Shown here piece after piece: positions 24,858 to 37,699 of a stretch of DNA of 64,000 nt. The translations under genes were made by a program, and so were the position numbers. A model generated the notes under the pieces. That model made no database searches. It had not been told where the DNA came from and saw only the letters and a list, made by a program, of their open reading frames with translations. Position 1 is the stretch's first letter, and the number at the start of each line of letters is the position of its first letter. This DNA is from Takakia lepidozioides. Its lineage: Eukaryota; Plantae; Bryophyta. The stretch covers positions 49,724,001 to 49,788,000 of the forward strand of contig CM060731.1 of the NCBI GenBank assembly GCA_030704615.1, written 5' to 3'.

Positions 24858-27800
24858 CAGGGATGCCTCGGCGTGAGCCTGGTCACGTGAGCGCGTGAGC
24901 GCAACTGCGCTCACGCCACGTCACCTTGCGCAAATGCCACGTCATCACACGTGAAGGCCGCGTCACCACGCGCCCAGAAAGAAGTGGAGTGTATTCCCGC
25001 GGATTGGCACCCTTTACCGCGGAAACAAGCTGGACGACATAATAAAAGGCATTGAATAAAGGATGGATGAATGTACAGTTGGATGATAAACAGATGGATG
25101 AGTGAAAAATGTATGTAGATGGATGAATGACGGATGGATAAGAGTAAAATGGATGAATGTATAATGGATGTTGAGCAATGACAAAATTCATGACAGGAAG
25201 ATGCATGACCAAATCTTTTGACGAATGCACAACGTATATGAAATGAGTGTGGAAGGTTTGTGGGGTGGATTAAAGAGTACAGAGGATGAATGTACAATGG
25301 ATGTTGTACAAAGGAAGCTTTCATGAATGGAGCACGCATGAATACAGTGTAGATGAATGCACAATGGATATGAGAAGAGTCAGGAAGGTTTGTGAGATGG
25401 ATTCATACATATTGCAATTTAAACGAAAGTTGATTCTGTGATTATTATTTGTTCTAAAGGAACAACTACGGTGGAGGAAGGGGATTCAACGTTTTCCAGA
25501 TAATATGAAAATGAATATTAAAAGAATACAGTTCAGTCTGACTCAGAGTCAGTACAATGTATCCCCTCTTCCTCTGCATCTAAGTCTAAGTATTTTAGAA
25601 CACCGGATCCACGCTGGATACACCTACGGCTGCCCACTAAAAAGTCAGGGGATAGGGACTCGGCCGCGTGAAGTGCCATTGCTTCGGCATAAACAGGGAG
25701 CAGAAAATTGGAAAGGGGGCTGTCGAAAACAGACTCGCCAGAAATGACTGTATCTCCTGAAGATCCACCGCTGCCTTTCCTGAAAGACAGCCTGAAAAAG
25801 TTATTACTGTAACTTTGATGTTATCGAGAAATTGAGTATGACTCCCAAAGAGGGTTTAGCACTTACTCACATGAAAAGTCGTTGTCGACCTGCTTATCTT
25901 CGGGATCGTCATCATTTCGAATTTGAATCCGATCAGTCTGTGTGCCTGAAGTGGAGCCAGACAAAAGGGGGAGGAGCACTGTGTTGTAGAGGTCAGAATC
26001 ACCCTCCATGCCAAAAAGGCTTCTTCCGCCTGCCTTGCATGCGTGGTAAGTTGCTCCTGCACCAGACAGAGAACATGAACAGTTTGGAGGGGGGGATTTA
26101 AGCAGATGAAACTGTTGAAAGGAAACCAATTCGGAAGGGAAAAAACGAACCTGTGGACACAGAAAGATCGACCACCCGTGCAGAGCGGTGGCTGCATGAC
26201 TCCAGCAGTATTTGCATGAATGCTGGTGACTTTTCCTTTGCACCTCTCCAGGGAGTGCCATCTGGTCTCTTCAGAGTCTGACTGGACTGCATGAAGTTGT
26301 ACAAAATGTCATCGACATGGGGCTCATAGGGGGGTTGACGAAACAACCCTGGTCAGAAATCTCAAAGCTGCGGATGGAGGATGGTGTCTTTGATGTGCGA
26401 ATCCTCCGCAGGCAGATCGCCTCGAACATCCTCGTCTGCAAAGATAGCAGGTTAGTGTGGTAAACACAATCTAAAGTGGAAGTGTGTACATCGGCTATTC
26501 AGAACTCTGACACAAAAAACATGAATCGGATGATCGGTGTCGATCATAAAACATTCTACTAGAGTGGAGCTGCAGAGAAATTGAAACTCATGATCAAAGC
26601 ATAAGCAGAAGGGAGACGGCATACCAGCTGACCAGGGAAACCCCCTTTCACAAGGTAGAGGCTGTTCACACAATTCCATGCGCAAAACTTCAAACCCTGA
26701 AGACTTGAGGTATGATGCCAATGCCCGACGACTATCATTGTCACATGACTGAAAAAGCAGAAGTGTCCCTGCATCAGAGAGGAAATTTTACAGAACCCGA
26801 ACCCAACTCCAGTAGTTGTCCTCGAATTTGTTCCACCCTGGCGTCTTGCCCTTTGGAAGAACTTCTGGCACAGCCTGGCCATCCGGGATGTCGAATGACA
26901 ATGTCGGCCGCATAAGTTTTCTGCACACCGCACACGAAGGTGGGACCTGTGCTCACCTGCAACAGACATGTTTTTTATAAGAACGATGGCAAGAATGTTT
27001 TCAAAGAACGAGACTGAAATACTGCCAACGAAACTTTCAGAGAAAAAGGAAAGAAACTGGAATTCTCACCAGATTGAGGAATGAGATTATATTGTCCCAG
27101 GTAGGGGATGGCACCCCAGTGTATCCTCTCTTTCGACTCTGCATCATCGAAAGCCAACCTCATTAACAATTTTCATCTCTCCTGCTGAATCAGAACGGGA
27201 AGGGTGTGGCTTGGCATCGAACACGCACTGAAGAGTGCGGGTATATCTTCCAGCAGTAAAGTCCTGCCCACTCTCCATCTCCTTTTCATTCTCTTCCCCT
27301 TGTCATTTTCCTTCTCTTTGGACTTGTCTTTGTCCTTTGGCTTTGCTGGTGAGATGGCTATGACATCAACAGCCTTGTCTTTTGGTTTGCGGCCCGCCTT
27401 CTTTCCCTTCTGCGGCGTTCCCTGAGCATCAGGCTCCTTGGCAGCCAAGTTGCTATGTTTCGTTGATACTCTTCGTCAGTCAAAGGCGCAGCATCTCAGC
27501 GTTATTGTTCAAGTATTTCATATGTTGTTCTTGAAAGGTCGTGTGCTCAGGTGGGCAGTCAAGGTACCACCCACAGTCTCTGAAGTGAGAAGGACTCCAG
27601 TCCTTCAATATCCCTGCAGTATACATGGTTGGATCGTTTGCAGGGTCCGACCACATGTCAAGATAGTCGGGAATTCCGCTCAGGTGATTTCCTTCCATAA
27701 GCACATATTTCGTGTACCTGAAAAAAGAGATGAATCCCAACCCACAAAAGCGCTCAGTGAGTAAGATGCAAGTAGAACAGAAAGAATAAACATGATTGAA

Positions 27801-27858
27801 ATGGCTCTGACAACTGCTCCAAGGACCTTTCAGGACCACACTACTGCTGCTCCAGATA

Positions 27859-28571
27859 TGAATGTCGTCAACGCCATTCAGAACATTCCATTCCATGACA
27901 CTGTAAATACACCCTAATCCAGGTGAATGCAAATATCGTTTAGAATGACACAGACATAGAAGTGAATGTCGTCAACGACATTCAAATGAAGCCAAATTAT
28001 TACTTAAATGAAGCAAAATCACAGGATGGAAATAAAAAATTGAGTAAGGAACCATCCAGGAAAACTCAATGCACATTCATAACGAACCTATCACTGAGGA
28101 CCTCACAACATCACTGTATGTGAATGGCGTCAACGCCATTCACAAAAATACAAAAAAGAAACCAATTACTTAGCTCCCCAATCCATGTAAATTGAATTTG
28201 TCGCTGTTGAATAATACAGACACAGCTGTGAATGTCGTCAACGACATTCACTTTGGATTTCTTAAAACAGAGCTTATCAAGCCTCCACATTCATCGCAAG
28301 AGGCAAAAACAATGCAGAACAACTGAATGTCTGCATTGACATTCAGCAAAATGAAGTGAGGAACCCTCATGTAACCTCTATGGACATTACAAAAATTTAA
28401 AACCTTGAGGACCTCTCAACAACTCCGTATGTGAATGTCGTCAACGCCATTCAAGACATTATCAATTCTAATCAGGGACAATATAATTGCACCCTTAGAT
28501 CCTAACCAGGTGAATTCATACTCGCTTAAGAATGACTCAGACAAAGAAGTGAATGTCGTCAACGACATTCA
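27859..28571. repeat. Array of seven 22-bp palindromes TGAATG(T/G)CGT-CA-ACG(A/C)CATTCA
   Basis: Copies start at 27859, 27963, 28121, 28229, 28324 (degenerate centre), 28432 and 28550. Confidence 0.9.
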
Positions 28572-30433
28572 ATCTGGATCTAAGATTGCAATCCATATGA
28601 AGCCACATTTTTCCCAAAAAACAGTAGAGTTTCAAGTATGACATTTCACCTGTACACAACTCGCATCATGGCCCACTCTCCTCCAACCTGACTGTCAAAG
28701 TCGTTGGACCGTAAAATGTTACCATCTTTGGAGAACTCCCGGAAAAAACAGTATCTCCAGGTGAGACCTCTCCACTTCCTTATGTATGCCTCCAATGACA
28801 TTTGGGGAGGGGAAACAATCGCAATGTTCAGGTCCTTCAAAGTCTGATCCAGCACAATGACGGCGCGCTTTTCGAGCTGCAAAGTATATTTGTCAGAATT
28901 GCAAAAAAGATACACATCACATACTTGAAGAGAAGAAACAGCATGTTCGAATACACACCTGACTCCAAAATGTAGCCTTGTGGAGCCAGTTATCAAACAC
29001 CAAATCACTGATTCCTTCCACCTTTGTGCCAGGCTGTATGGTGCTCTTTGGGAACTGATTCAAGTCCTTTACTGTTTGATCTGAGTTCCATATCTCCAGC
29101 CACCTTATTTTTGTTTGTGGGTCGACCATCGATATGGCCAGCCGGTGCAATTTCTCCTGCTGTCTCCGGATGCACATGCTTGTCATAGTGTGTTTTGATC
29201 TGCTGAAGGAACTCAGGACCAAGTCCAGGATCTACTATTCTAAGCTGCTTTCCGAAGGCTGACATCAATTTGGTTCTTCGCATCTCAAACTCCTTCTTTA
29301 TTGCAGCTTCCACACCCTTTGATGTCCTTAGTTCCTCTGGTGTAGTGCGGTAATATTTCGGATTTTCCCTTCTCAGCTGCCTCTGCCAGTTCTTGCTGCA
29401 TTCATTCAAGTAGTGATTAGCTCCGAAGGGACTCAAACATGTATTCGAAAAGTAAACAGATTACAGACTCGGGCTTACCGCATACATGTACTCCAGAAAC
29501 GCCTCTCGTGTCAAAGAATACCAAGTGCCTGCAGCTCTTCCTGTTTCGCACTTCTTGATGATATTGGGTGGTAGTACTGTCCGAAAATCATCCAGCTTCA
29601 TCAGACCAATCCTCTGAATTCGGAATAGTGTGTGAACCAAGCTTGTTGTCACATGCGATTTCTCTGTGATCTGCAAAAACATTGAAACATTGCATTCCTT
29701 AACACTGTTTTTTGAGGATTAACAAGACACTACAGAGGGAATGAAATCTCCTGGATGACTTACTTGTTCACGTCGTGCATAGCTGTAAGAAGCCTAGCGA
29801 TGTCGTTTCCTGGATCCAAAACCATTGCCTCCACAGCAACATGCTTGTCTTTGTCTTTCGAATGGTGTTTCTGAATGTATCCCATCCATGCCAGCAATCG
29901 GTGGTTGCCGTCCCAGACGTAGAACATGTGGTTGCAGAATTGCTGGGTGTTCTTTCCCATCATGAGGCCCAGCTCGAACTCCTCATTGGCATCTTTCCAG
30001 CACTCATCCCAGTTATCACTGATCTCTGGAGAACTAATGTGCTTTTCCCATTTATATCCGTCAGTGACACATAAAAAACTTGTGCACCAAGTCTATATCC
30101 ATGCACAAAATCACTCTCCAATTTTGTTATGTCATGGGAAAGAGGTGGACGCACAACAGGCATTGATATCATCCGGCACAGAGGTATGTCCAGACGCCCT
30201 CCAGATACGAGCATGTCCCTTATAACCTCCTGAGAGTTTACCTTCTGGAATGACATGAGTTCTTTCACCTTGTCAAGGTAGTGCACTTCGGATTCATCTG
30301 CTTCATCTGTATTCTCTGAGCTTTTTGCGGACTCGTCCCCATCTCCAGATCCTTTCCCCTCTGATCCTGTAGGCTTCGACCTCACAGTTTTCTGCACGAT
30401 GCCATTCAGTTCTGACTAGTGATTTGCAAATAG

Positions 30434-30750
30434 TGAATGGCGGTAACGACATCACTCTGTATCAAGGAAACTCACCATGAATGGTGTGAAAGAATTCAGC
30501 ACAATCTACACATGCAAAGCCGAGACTGCCGTATTCAAAACAAAAGTGAGAGCGATAGCGAACGGCGTTAACGACAATCACAAAGATAACAACCTGCGGA
30601 TCGGTGTTGTGTAATGACATACATGTGCAACTGATTGGCGGCAACGACATTCAGTGTAGTTTAGGGCGAATAGTAAGTGCAGACTCTCTCTTCAAACACA
30701 TAGGTACATAAATCTCATGAGGAGAATCGAATGGCGTTAACGACGCTCGC
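30434..30750. repeat. Four degenerate copies of the same palindrome in intron 1 of the accessory gene
   Basis: TGAATGGCGGTAACGACAT (30434), CGAACGGCGTTAACGACAATCA (30559), TGATTGGCGGCAACGACATTCA (30632), CGAATGGCGTTAACGAC (30728). Confidence 0.75.
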
Positions 30751-32146
30751 ATTCAGTAGTTCCTGCTAAAGAATGGAAGAGGAAGGACTCCTTGAAAGGC
30801 AATCAGACAGACTGATCTGATCTGAACACCAATGAATGACTGTACCGATAGTCACCAACTCATTGTGCTGTAAACCCTTTGCAGAGGAGTAGAAAGCCCT
30901 TTGTGATGGTCGGTAGCGACAATCCCTGTCTGGGACATTCCACTCAATCTCTACGCATATCTTCAACATTGAAATGTAAGTTAGTTAAAACTTACTGGCA
31001 CCTTCTTAGGTTTTGAAATTTGATCCCCTTCTGCAGCTTTCCTCTTCCCTCTCACATCTGCTGGAATTTCTGTCTGCGCAAGGGTTTCTTGACCTTCTCC
31101 CGGTTCGGCGTTCCGCGTGCTTCCACCTTCTTCAGTGTCCCTGCGAATCATCTCTGCCTCCACAGGCTGGCGCACTCTTATCGCCGACTGTGTCGCAGCC
31201 GCTGCCTCAGTCTCCGTCTGCTCTTGTGAATCAGTCTCCGCGTTCACCTGCTGCCTTGGCCCTGTGTTCTCCAACAAACGACGCCTCGTCATTTTCTCTC
31301 TTGCTCTGCGTCTCTCTCTAAGGGAAGTAAAATAAAGAGACTTTCTTCTCTTTCGTATTCTAGAAGGAACCCTCTCCAGCTTGACTACCACTCTCCCTCT
31401 AAGCGCGAAAAGTAGAAAAACGCAGTGACTCCCGATTTCTTGCGGGATTGCCTGCGTTCTTGCGTGTCTCTAGAAGCATCGGATTCCCTCCCGCGTGACC
31501 GTTACACATAGTCGTTTCCTTATTAGTGCACATGCCAGCAATTGGTGTACAGCTGTTCGTATTCAGTTATGGATGTCTGACGTGTGCCGCCCAAAAAAAA
31601 CGGCGTGTTCTTTATTAGAACGGGTTCAATATTTAAAAATAACAGCGAATCCCAGAAATTGATGCGCAGTCTTAAACAAATAAATATAAATGAACGAGAG
31701 TTTGATGACAAATTTTGGAATATCATACACGGTCATCCTTGTTAGCCAAACCCCACATTCGTTTCACATTTGGAACTTTCCAGGTGCGCATGATCATTGG
31801 TAGTAGTATATAGATACATTTACTTAATCTGCAATCCCATTCTCAGATCCTGTGGCATGCTTCCAGGAAGTCGGCTTTGTTATTGGGTTTATTGATGAGG
31901 TTCTGATTAACGGTTTAACAGTTGCCGACACTGCTCCTAGGGATACTCTGACCACTGGGCCCACAAGAAAAGTAATTAAAATGGACGGCTGCATATCTGG
32001 AAAGAATAACATAATATGCACAGTCGTTATCTGAGCTTCCTCCGCCATATTCTCTGCTCATTCTTCAACTGTGTTCTGGAGACAGCAGTAAACCGATTTA
32101 CACTAGATCTGCGATAGCAAGGTACAAACATACTCGAGGAAGGAAG

Positions 32147-35100
32147 ATGGCTTCCTCTGAAGCGGAGTTCTTCTCAGACGACAAACCAGTGCCGTTCTCC
32201 CAGGAAGTCCTTGACAATGGATTTGCAATTGTTCTGGAACATGTCTTGGCTACCCGTTTTCAGCTGCAGAATGGCTCCATCTTTTTGGAGAAAGAGGTTT
32301 ACGATCTGAAAGGGAAGTTGGTGAAATATTCTTTCCAAAACCGTGATGAGACGGCTCATATCAGCCAGTGGAGAGTGCGTCCTGGTCGATACAGAGTACT
32401 TGGAGAGCCTCGGCGAAAGTCCCTTGGGTCATATGTGACGCCCGGGACTGCTGCTTCGGTCGTTGAAGACAAGAGGGAGGTGGTGGTGAAAAAAGAACAG
32501 ACTTCCTCCACTCCAATCGTTGAGCTTTCGGATTCTTCCGATGATGACATAAGTGAAATTCCAAATCCAGTCCTTCCTACTGTGGTTGCAGAAGCTGATG
32601 AAGAAGAGATTTGTAGTGTCATTCCAAAATTGCGGGCGATGGGAGGAATGGCTGGATTCAAAAGTGAGTTGCGGGGAATTGATTGGGAATCTTTGAAGCA
32701 GGTGCCTGTGAAGTTCTTGCCGGAGACTTTTGATGGCGATATCCTATTCGAGCTGCCTCCTCCTCCGCGAGTTGGAGGTGTAACAATCATGATGCATGGA
32801 ATGGACAAGAAACACGACGGGCACCCGTGGTGCAGAACAAAAACATCCAATATTCAGAATGATGACAAGCTTGTTTTCAGGAGGACAGTTTGCAATGGAC
32901 ACCTTAGGTGTGATAATTTGAATTGCAGACACTTTCTTCAGTCTGGGGTTCATAATCAAAGCGAATGGGAGGGTCTGGCGGAAAATCCATTTCAGCCTGG
33001 GACTGCCCCTCCACCGGCAAACACTTTCGTCTGCAAATTCTGCAAACTTGTGCCATCCTGTTGGCGCTCTGCGGAGCAAGAATGTACTATGTTGTCCACC
33101 GTTTGAATACAATGACGAGAGCTTGTGTGCATTTTGGATTCCATAACCATCCTGTCTCGAAGGGGGATTACAGGGAGAGTGTTGAGACAGTATCGAGGTT
33201 GATCAAACAGGAGTTCGGGAGAAACCCATCCGCAACAACATCTGCAATTGCTCTTGGCGCAAGCAAGTCCTTCTTGGAAAGCCATATTTTGAGTGAAGGA
33301 GATTCTGTGGGGACTAAACTTGACGGTGCAGCATTGGACCTGGTCATGGATCATTTCTCCACTTTAAGTTCACCTAACATTCGGCATCAGATCAATGCAT
33401 TGAGAATGGGCTCTGGGATCAGAGGCTACATAGACAATATTTTGGAATTGAAACGAGTGAGCAAGTACGATTACATCCAGGACAATGTATTCCCAGGTCA
33501 AGGTGCCATCAAAGTTTTTCTTTTCAAAATGTCGACTGTTGGGGAGGGCAGTGGGGTTAGCCTCGTGAAGCGGATGCAGAAGACTGGGGACTTGCAGAAC
33601 TGTTTTCTTATGTTTGATCATGTGAAACGAGTGAAGGATTGGACGACAATGGCTTGTCATGTCTACGATCCAGTGTACCAACGAGTTATGACAATTGCAG
33701 TTTGTGACATGCAATCCGAGGATACGGAATCCCAGAAGCTCATGTGGAATTCCCTGATACGTGTCATGGGCTGCCATGGGCTGCCATCTCCAAATTTCGC
33801 AGGTTTCATGGCGGATAGTGCTCAAGCAAATTTCAATGCTGTTCGTATTGTCTTCGGATCGGGCGACCCAAAAGTGCCTATGCCAGGAAGAGAGCGTACA
33901 TGTCTATTCCATTGGACACAATCTCTGGAAAAACATACAAAGTCGGACATCAAACCAGAGATGCAGACTCAGCACCGTAAATTGTGCAAAGAGTACAAAG
34001 ATGCTAGAACAATGAAGGAGGCGGACACTTTGTTCCAGACAATTCGTGCCTGGTGGTTCTCTTCTGGAGCTGCATCACTTGAGAGTATGAGAGCATTGGA
34101 AGATTGGCTGGCGTTTTGGCACTTCCGGTATAGACAGTGGGGAGCAGCCATGACAATGGTACGAGGCTTCTATTTCATGCTTTATTCATACATTTGCTTT
34201 CCATATTTTTGACTCATTGCTTTCTTTATGTTGTTTCCTGTGCACTGTTCTGAAGTGTGGTTATCCTCTTTGCAGAACATGTCCATTGAGGAAATGGCGG
34301 ACATGCCATCTTGCAATTTGGCAGAAACTGTGCACAATGCATGGTTGCAGCAGTCTGGGAAACGAGGTCGGGATTTGTATGTGGCAACAACAGATGATTT
34401 GATACGTGCCTTGCAACAACAAACCCGATACCGTGATTTCTTACGAGGTGGGGTTGGTGGCAAGGGTCCGGACAAATGGGAGTTGATGTTGCGTGCTGCA
34501 AACAGATCTGGGGATCCAATCAAGATAGCACGGGCGGTGAGCATGTATGCCCAGGGAACGCCACTTGTTTCTAGAGTTCCACATCTTGAAGGGGAGGAGA
34601 GATTCGGCTCCTGTAAGAGGAAATTGAACACTCCACCTGGTTCGGATTCAGATTCCCACAGGGCAGACCGTGATAACTTCTCGAAGCCTCGTGTTCCCCT
34701 GCATGACAGCTCCATGTCCGGAACCTCCAACACGACGGCAAGCTCCAGCATCAAACCGTGCCACTGAAATGGTGCAGGAGAGAAACAACCCCCTTGATGT
34801 GCTTGAGTCCGCATGCCCCGACCACGTTTGGCACATAGAACGCACAAGTGTCGGGTCTCGTGTGAAATGTACAGCGATCAGGGCAACTAATTTCGAGAAG
34901 TGCACTTCATCTATATCCAGAGGTGGTGCCCGAACTCCTGCTCCGACTTTCACGGGCTTGATGCGTCCATACGGTCAACCAGAAGCCAAGAACCACAAGT
35001 TCTGGTTCTGCGCAGATGATTGTGCCAGATGTGTGCATGGAACTGTGCGTCCTTCCGTAGTGATGAAGCCATCTCCTCCAACCGTTTGGCCCGTGAAGGT

Positions 35101-35644
35101 GGGAACACATCTCAGCTTTCAGGAGATTGAAATGCTGGAGGAGGCAGGTTTTTCCCTTGCGAGACAACCCCAACTCCATGCATGTGCTACTACTTCTGCG
35201 TCCTCCCGGGTCCCCCCGGCAAATCCTGACTTGTGGCCAACCAAACGAGATGGAAAGCTCGTTCGGCGTTTCCCTCCAACCGCTGAACACTTTGGCAAAG
35301 TGGAGTCCGCAAGAATGCTCCAAGCTCGTGTCGGAAGCACCACGGAAGTACCCGATCCAGGATATGGTCGGGTATTCACAATCATCACTTCCACATCTGC
35401 TGTTCATGACAGGACCTACGACATCACGGTTTCCAATTTCCCCAATTGCACATGTCCTGATTTTGTGAATATGCTATCAACCAGTTTGGGCAAGAGAGGT
35501 AAATTCATACCCTGCAAACATTTGTATTTCATATTTTTGAGGAGGATGGTTTGCGATCCCAAACGTGACAACTTCATTCACCAGGCCACTATGAGTTTCA
35601 ACGAGGTCGATACTCTTTTGCAGCGGGATACAACACATGGGTAG
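32147..35644 (+). pseudogene. MULE-type DDE transposase with N-terminal GCM/WRKY-like Zn domain and C-terminal SWIM finger; intron 34159-34275; frameshifts near 33060 and 34700
   Basis: CNGHLRCDNLNC...CKFC...HNHP; D1 LMFDHVKR, D2 FMADSAQA, CxxH (CLFH), E in SCNLAETVHN; SWIM CTCPDF...PCKHL. Confidence 0.85.
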
Positions 35645-36263
35645 CATGAACTATGTAATGTGGTATGTGGATGACCATGATTTGAAATGTGTAATTCACA
35701 TCAATTCGTCGGCTGTGCAATGATATGGCCTCCAACTATACGGAGTGAGCTCTGAGTGACAACTTTTAGGTAGTGCACATTTGTCATTGCACCGTTCGAA
35801 GTCTACATGTCTTGCTGTCGCTATGCACTACAATCATCTTTTGAAGATGATCATAACTCTCATTGTTATTTGAGGAGGGAGGAAGTCTTCTCGTGGCAGC
35901 CTTTATGGCGCACACTTTGTGAGGATATTTTGTCGTCTTCGTAATTGTAAAAGTGAAACAAGCATTTGTAATTGCACAATGTTGGATGCTGCAATTGTAG
36001 GCCTCAACGCTCGTCTTGATTCTATTTAGGCAAGATTCCCTGCATTAATTCCACGGTCATAGGACCATCCACGGTTATAGGCGGCGCATGTTAATGCTGA
36101 CGTGGCAGTTGACGGACAGTGCCACGTCATCATTTACCGCCACATCAGCATGCTGACATGACGCTCACGCCACGTCAGCGTGTGTGCAGGCTCACGCCAC
36201 GTCACTCCTGCGTGAGCGTACGCTCGCGCGCTCACGTGCAACGCTCACGCCATTGCGTCGTTG

Positions 36264-37400
36264 CTGATCGACGGGTGCAACAAGCCTGGGTGGAGGCTTT
36301 TGTACCGTCAGGAGAGGAGGAGAGTGCGGGGATTGCACCATGACCACCTCAATTGTCTCCATTGGACAACACATATTGTGTGGCAGTATCCGGATGAAGG
36401 CATTTGTCTTCTGGACTTGTTTGGCGGGATCAGCACCGGATTGGCTGCTGTGTTACAGGCAGGTGTACGAGTTTGGCGTTACCTGTATGTGGAGAGGGAT
36501 GAGACTGCACGACGCGTTTCACTTCGCCATGTTGCTCAGTTGGTGCAGCGGTACCCTGAGTTGTTGTCGGTGTCTGCAATTCGTGGATATCAGCAGGCCT
36601 TGCCAGTAGACATTTTGTTGCTGGGGGCACATAATTTGGAGTGGGTTGGCTCCATTGATCTGGTAGTGGCAGGTTGGCCCTGCCAAGGGCATTCATCAGC
36701 CGGGCATGGCAATGGATTGCGAGACTCGAGGTCGGGTCTGTTTTGGGAGATGGTGCGGGTTTTGCGCCACTTGCAGCTTCATCAAGCTGTATCTCCAGCA
36801 TACATCTTGGAGAATGTGCCACTGATGGGCGATTCTCGGGCCAGGGTGATGGCCAGTGTGTATCAAGTCCGGTCATGGCTTTGGGTCAGCAGTGTTGCTA
36901 GATGCAGCTACAGTGGGGTCACGGGCTCATCGTCCACGGCTATGGTGGACTAACTTGATGCCACCTGCACTGCTCAAGCGTGTATTTGATGGGGTGCAGC
37001 GGCCAACACATCTCATAGTGGATAGCATTCTGGACACAGGGAGGCAGTCTCAGCGTGTGAGACACGATGACCATTCGCCTTTGGCAGTGGTCAACAAGGT
37101 GGGTCAACCACGAGCAGCATTACCTACATTGCTCAACTTCCCAGGATCGCATGCTTTCCGGGATAATGGACCTGGCCTCCTGTGGGATGCTCAGTTGCAG
37201 CAGTTAGTGGAGCCTAATGCTGACGAGCATGAACGGGCAATGGGTTTTACCACTGGTACCACGGCGGTGTCGTCTCTTTCTGAGGCATCACGTCGTCAAA
37301 GTGTTGGGGCAAGCAATGGATCTCAATTGCTTGACCTGGATTATCAGCTTGGCTCTGGCTGGGCAACGCAGAGTGCGGAGTACACTTCCCTCAATGGTCT
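36264..37400 (+). pseudogene. C5 cytosine methyltransferase domain of E2 (motifs I-VI in one open frame)
   Basis: LLDLFGGISTG...YVERD...VAGWPCQG...ILENVP in ORF 36261-36953; RPRLWWTNL and ERAMGF in the next frame. Confidence 0.92.
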
Positions 37401-37699
37401 CTCTGCCTACCGAGACGGTACAGGCAGTGAGTGGGGGCGAGCATGTGAAGACCACGGGTGCATGCATCCATGGCACACGTGGGAGGTGCTCGAGGTTCAG
37501 AGGGAGTTGGCAGCCAAGGCGGCTGTGATGGATGAGGTTGGGGATTTTTCCCGGGTTGAGGAGGTCCTCAAGGATGAGATGATGGGGCAGGATGAGGCCT
37601 TGTCATTGACTGAGCAGGCAGGGAGTACTGCTCAAGAGGTTGCAACATAGCAACCACTAGATGCGTCCTCTACCTCTAAGCCCACTAGACTTAAGGTTG

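Larger units (their letters stand above)
25700..31292 (-). pseudogene. Multi-exon MULE accessory gene: charged N-terminus, ParB/Srx-like domain, C-terminal beta-class N4/N6 DNA-methyltransferase-like domain; frameshifted, 3' end approximate
   Basis: VVRPPLSHDITKLESDFVHGY...FYV and MFYVWDGNHRLLAW (DGNHR at 29898-29912). MTase-like motifs: DIVI/FDIPD (about 26880-26906, one indel), FLSDAGTLLLF (about 26753-26786), and EKSPAFMQILLESCS..RVVDLSVSTG|ATYHACKAGGRSLFGMEGD, joined in phase by GT-AG intron 26057-26150. Intron 30416-30995 is also in phase. Confidence 0.72.
24858..36263. mobile_element. Mutator-like (MULE) DNA transposon, 11.4 kb, with two divergently oriented genes
   Basis: 9-bp TSD CTGATCGAC (24849-24857 and 36264-36272); removing the element restores the E1-collinear pol sequence DADR|RVQQAW. 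Imperfect TIRs: left CAGGGATGCCTCGGCGTGAGCCTGGTCACGTGAGCGCGTGAGCG vs right (reverse complement) CAACGACGCAATGGCGTGAGCGTTGCACGTGAGCGCGCGAGCG. Confidence 0.92.

Noticed and set aside
27859-28571. CRISPR-like look of regularly spaced palindromic repeats
   Set aside because: Spacers are long (73-136 bp), unequal and partly homologous to each other; the context is eukaryotic with no cas genes.
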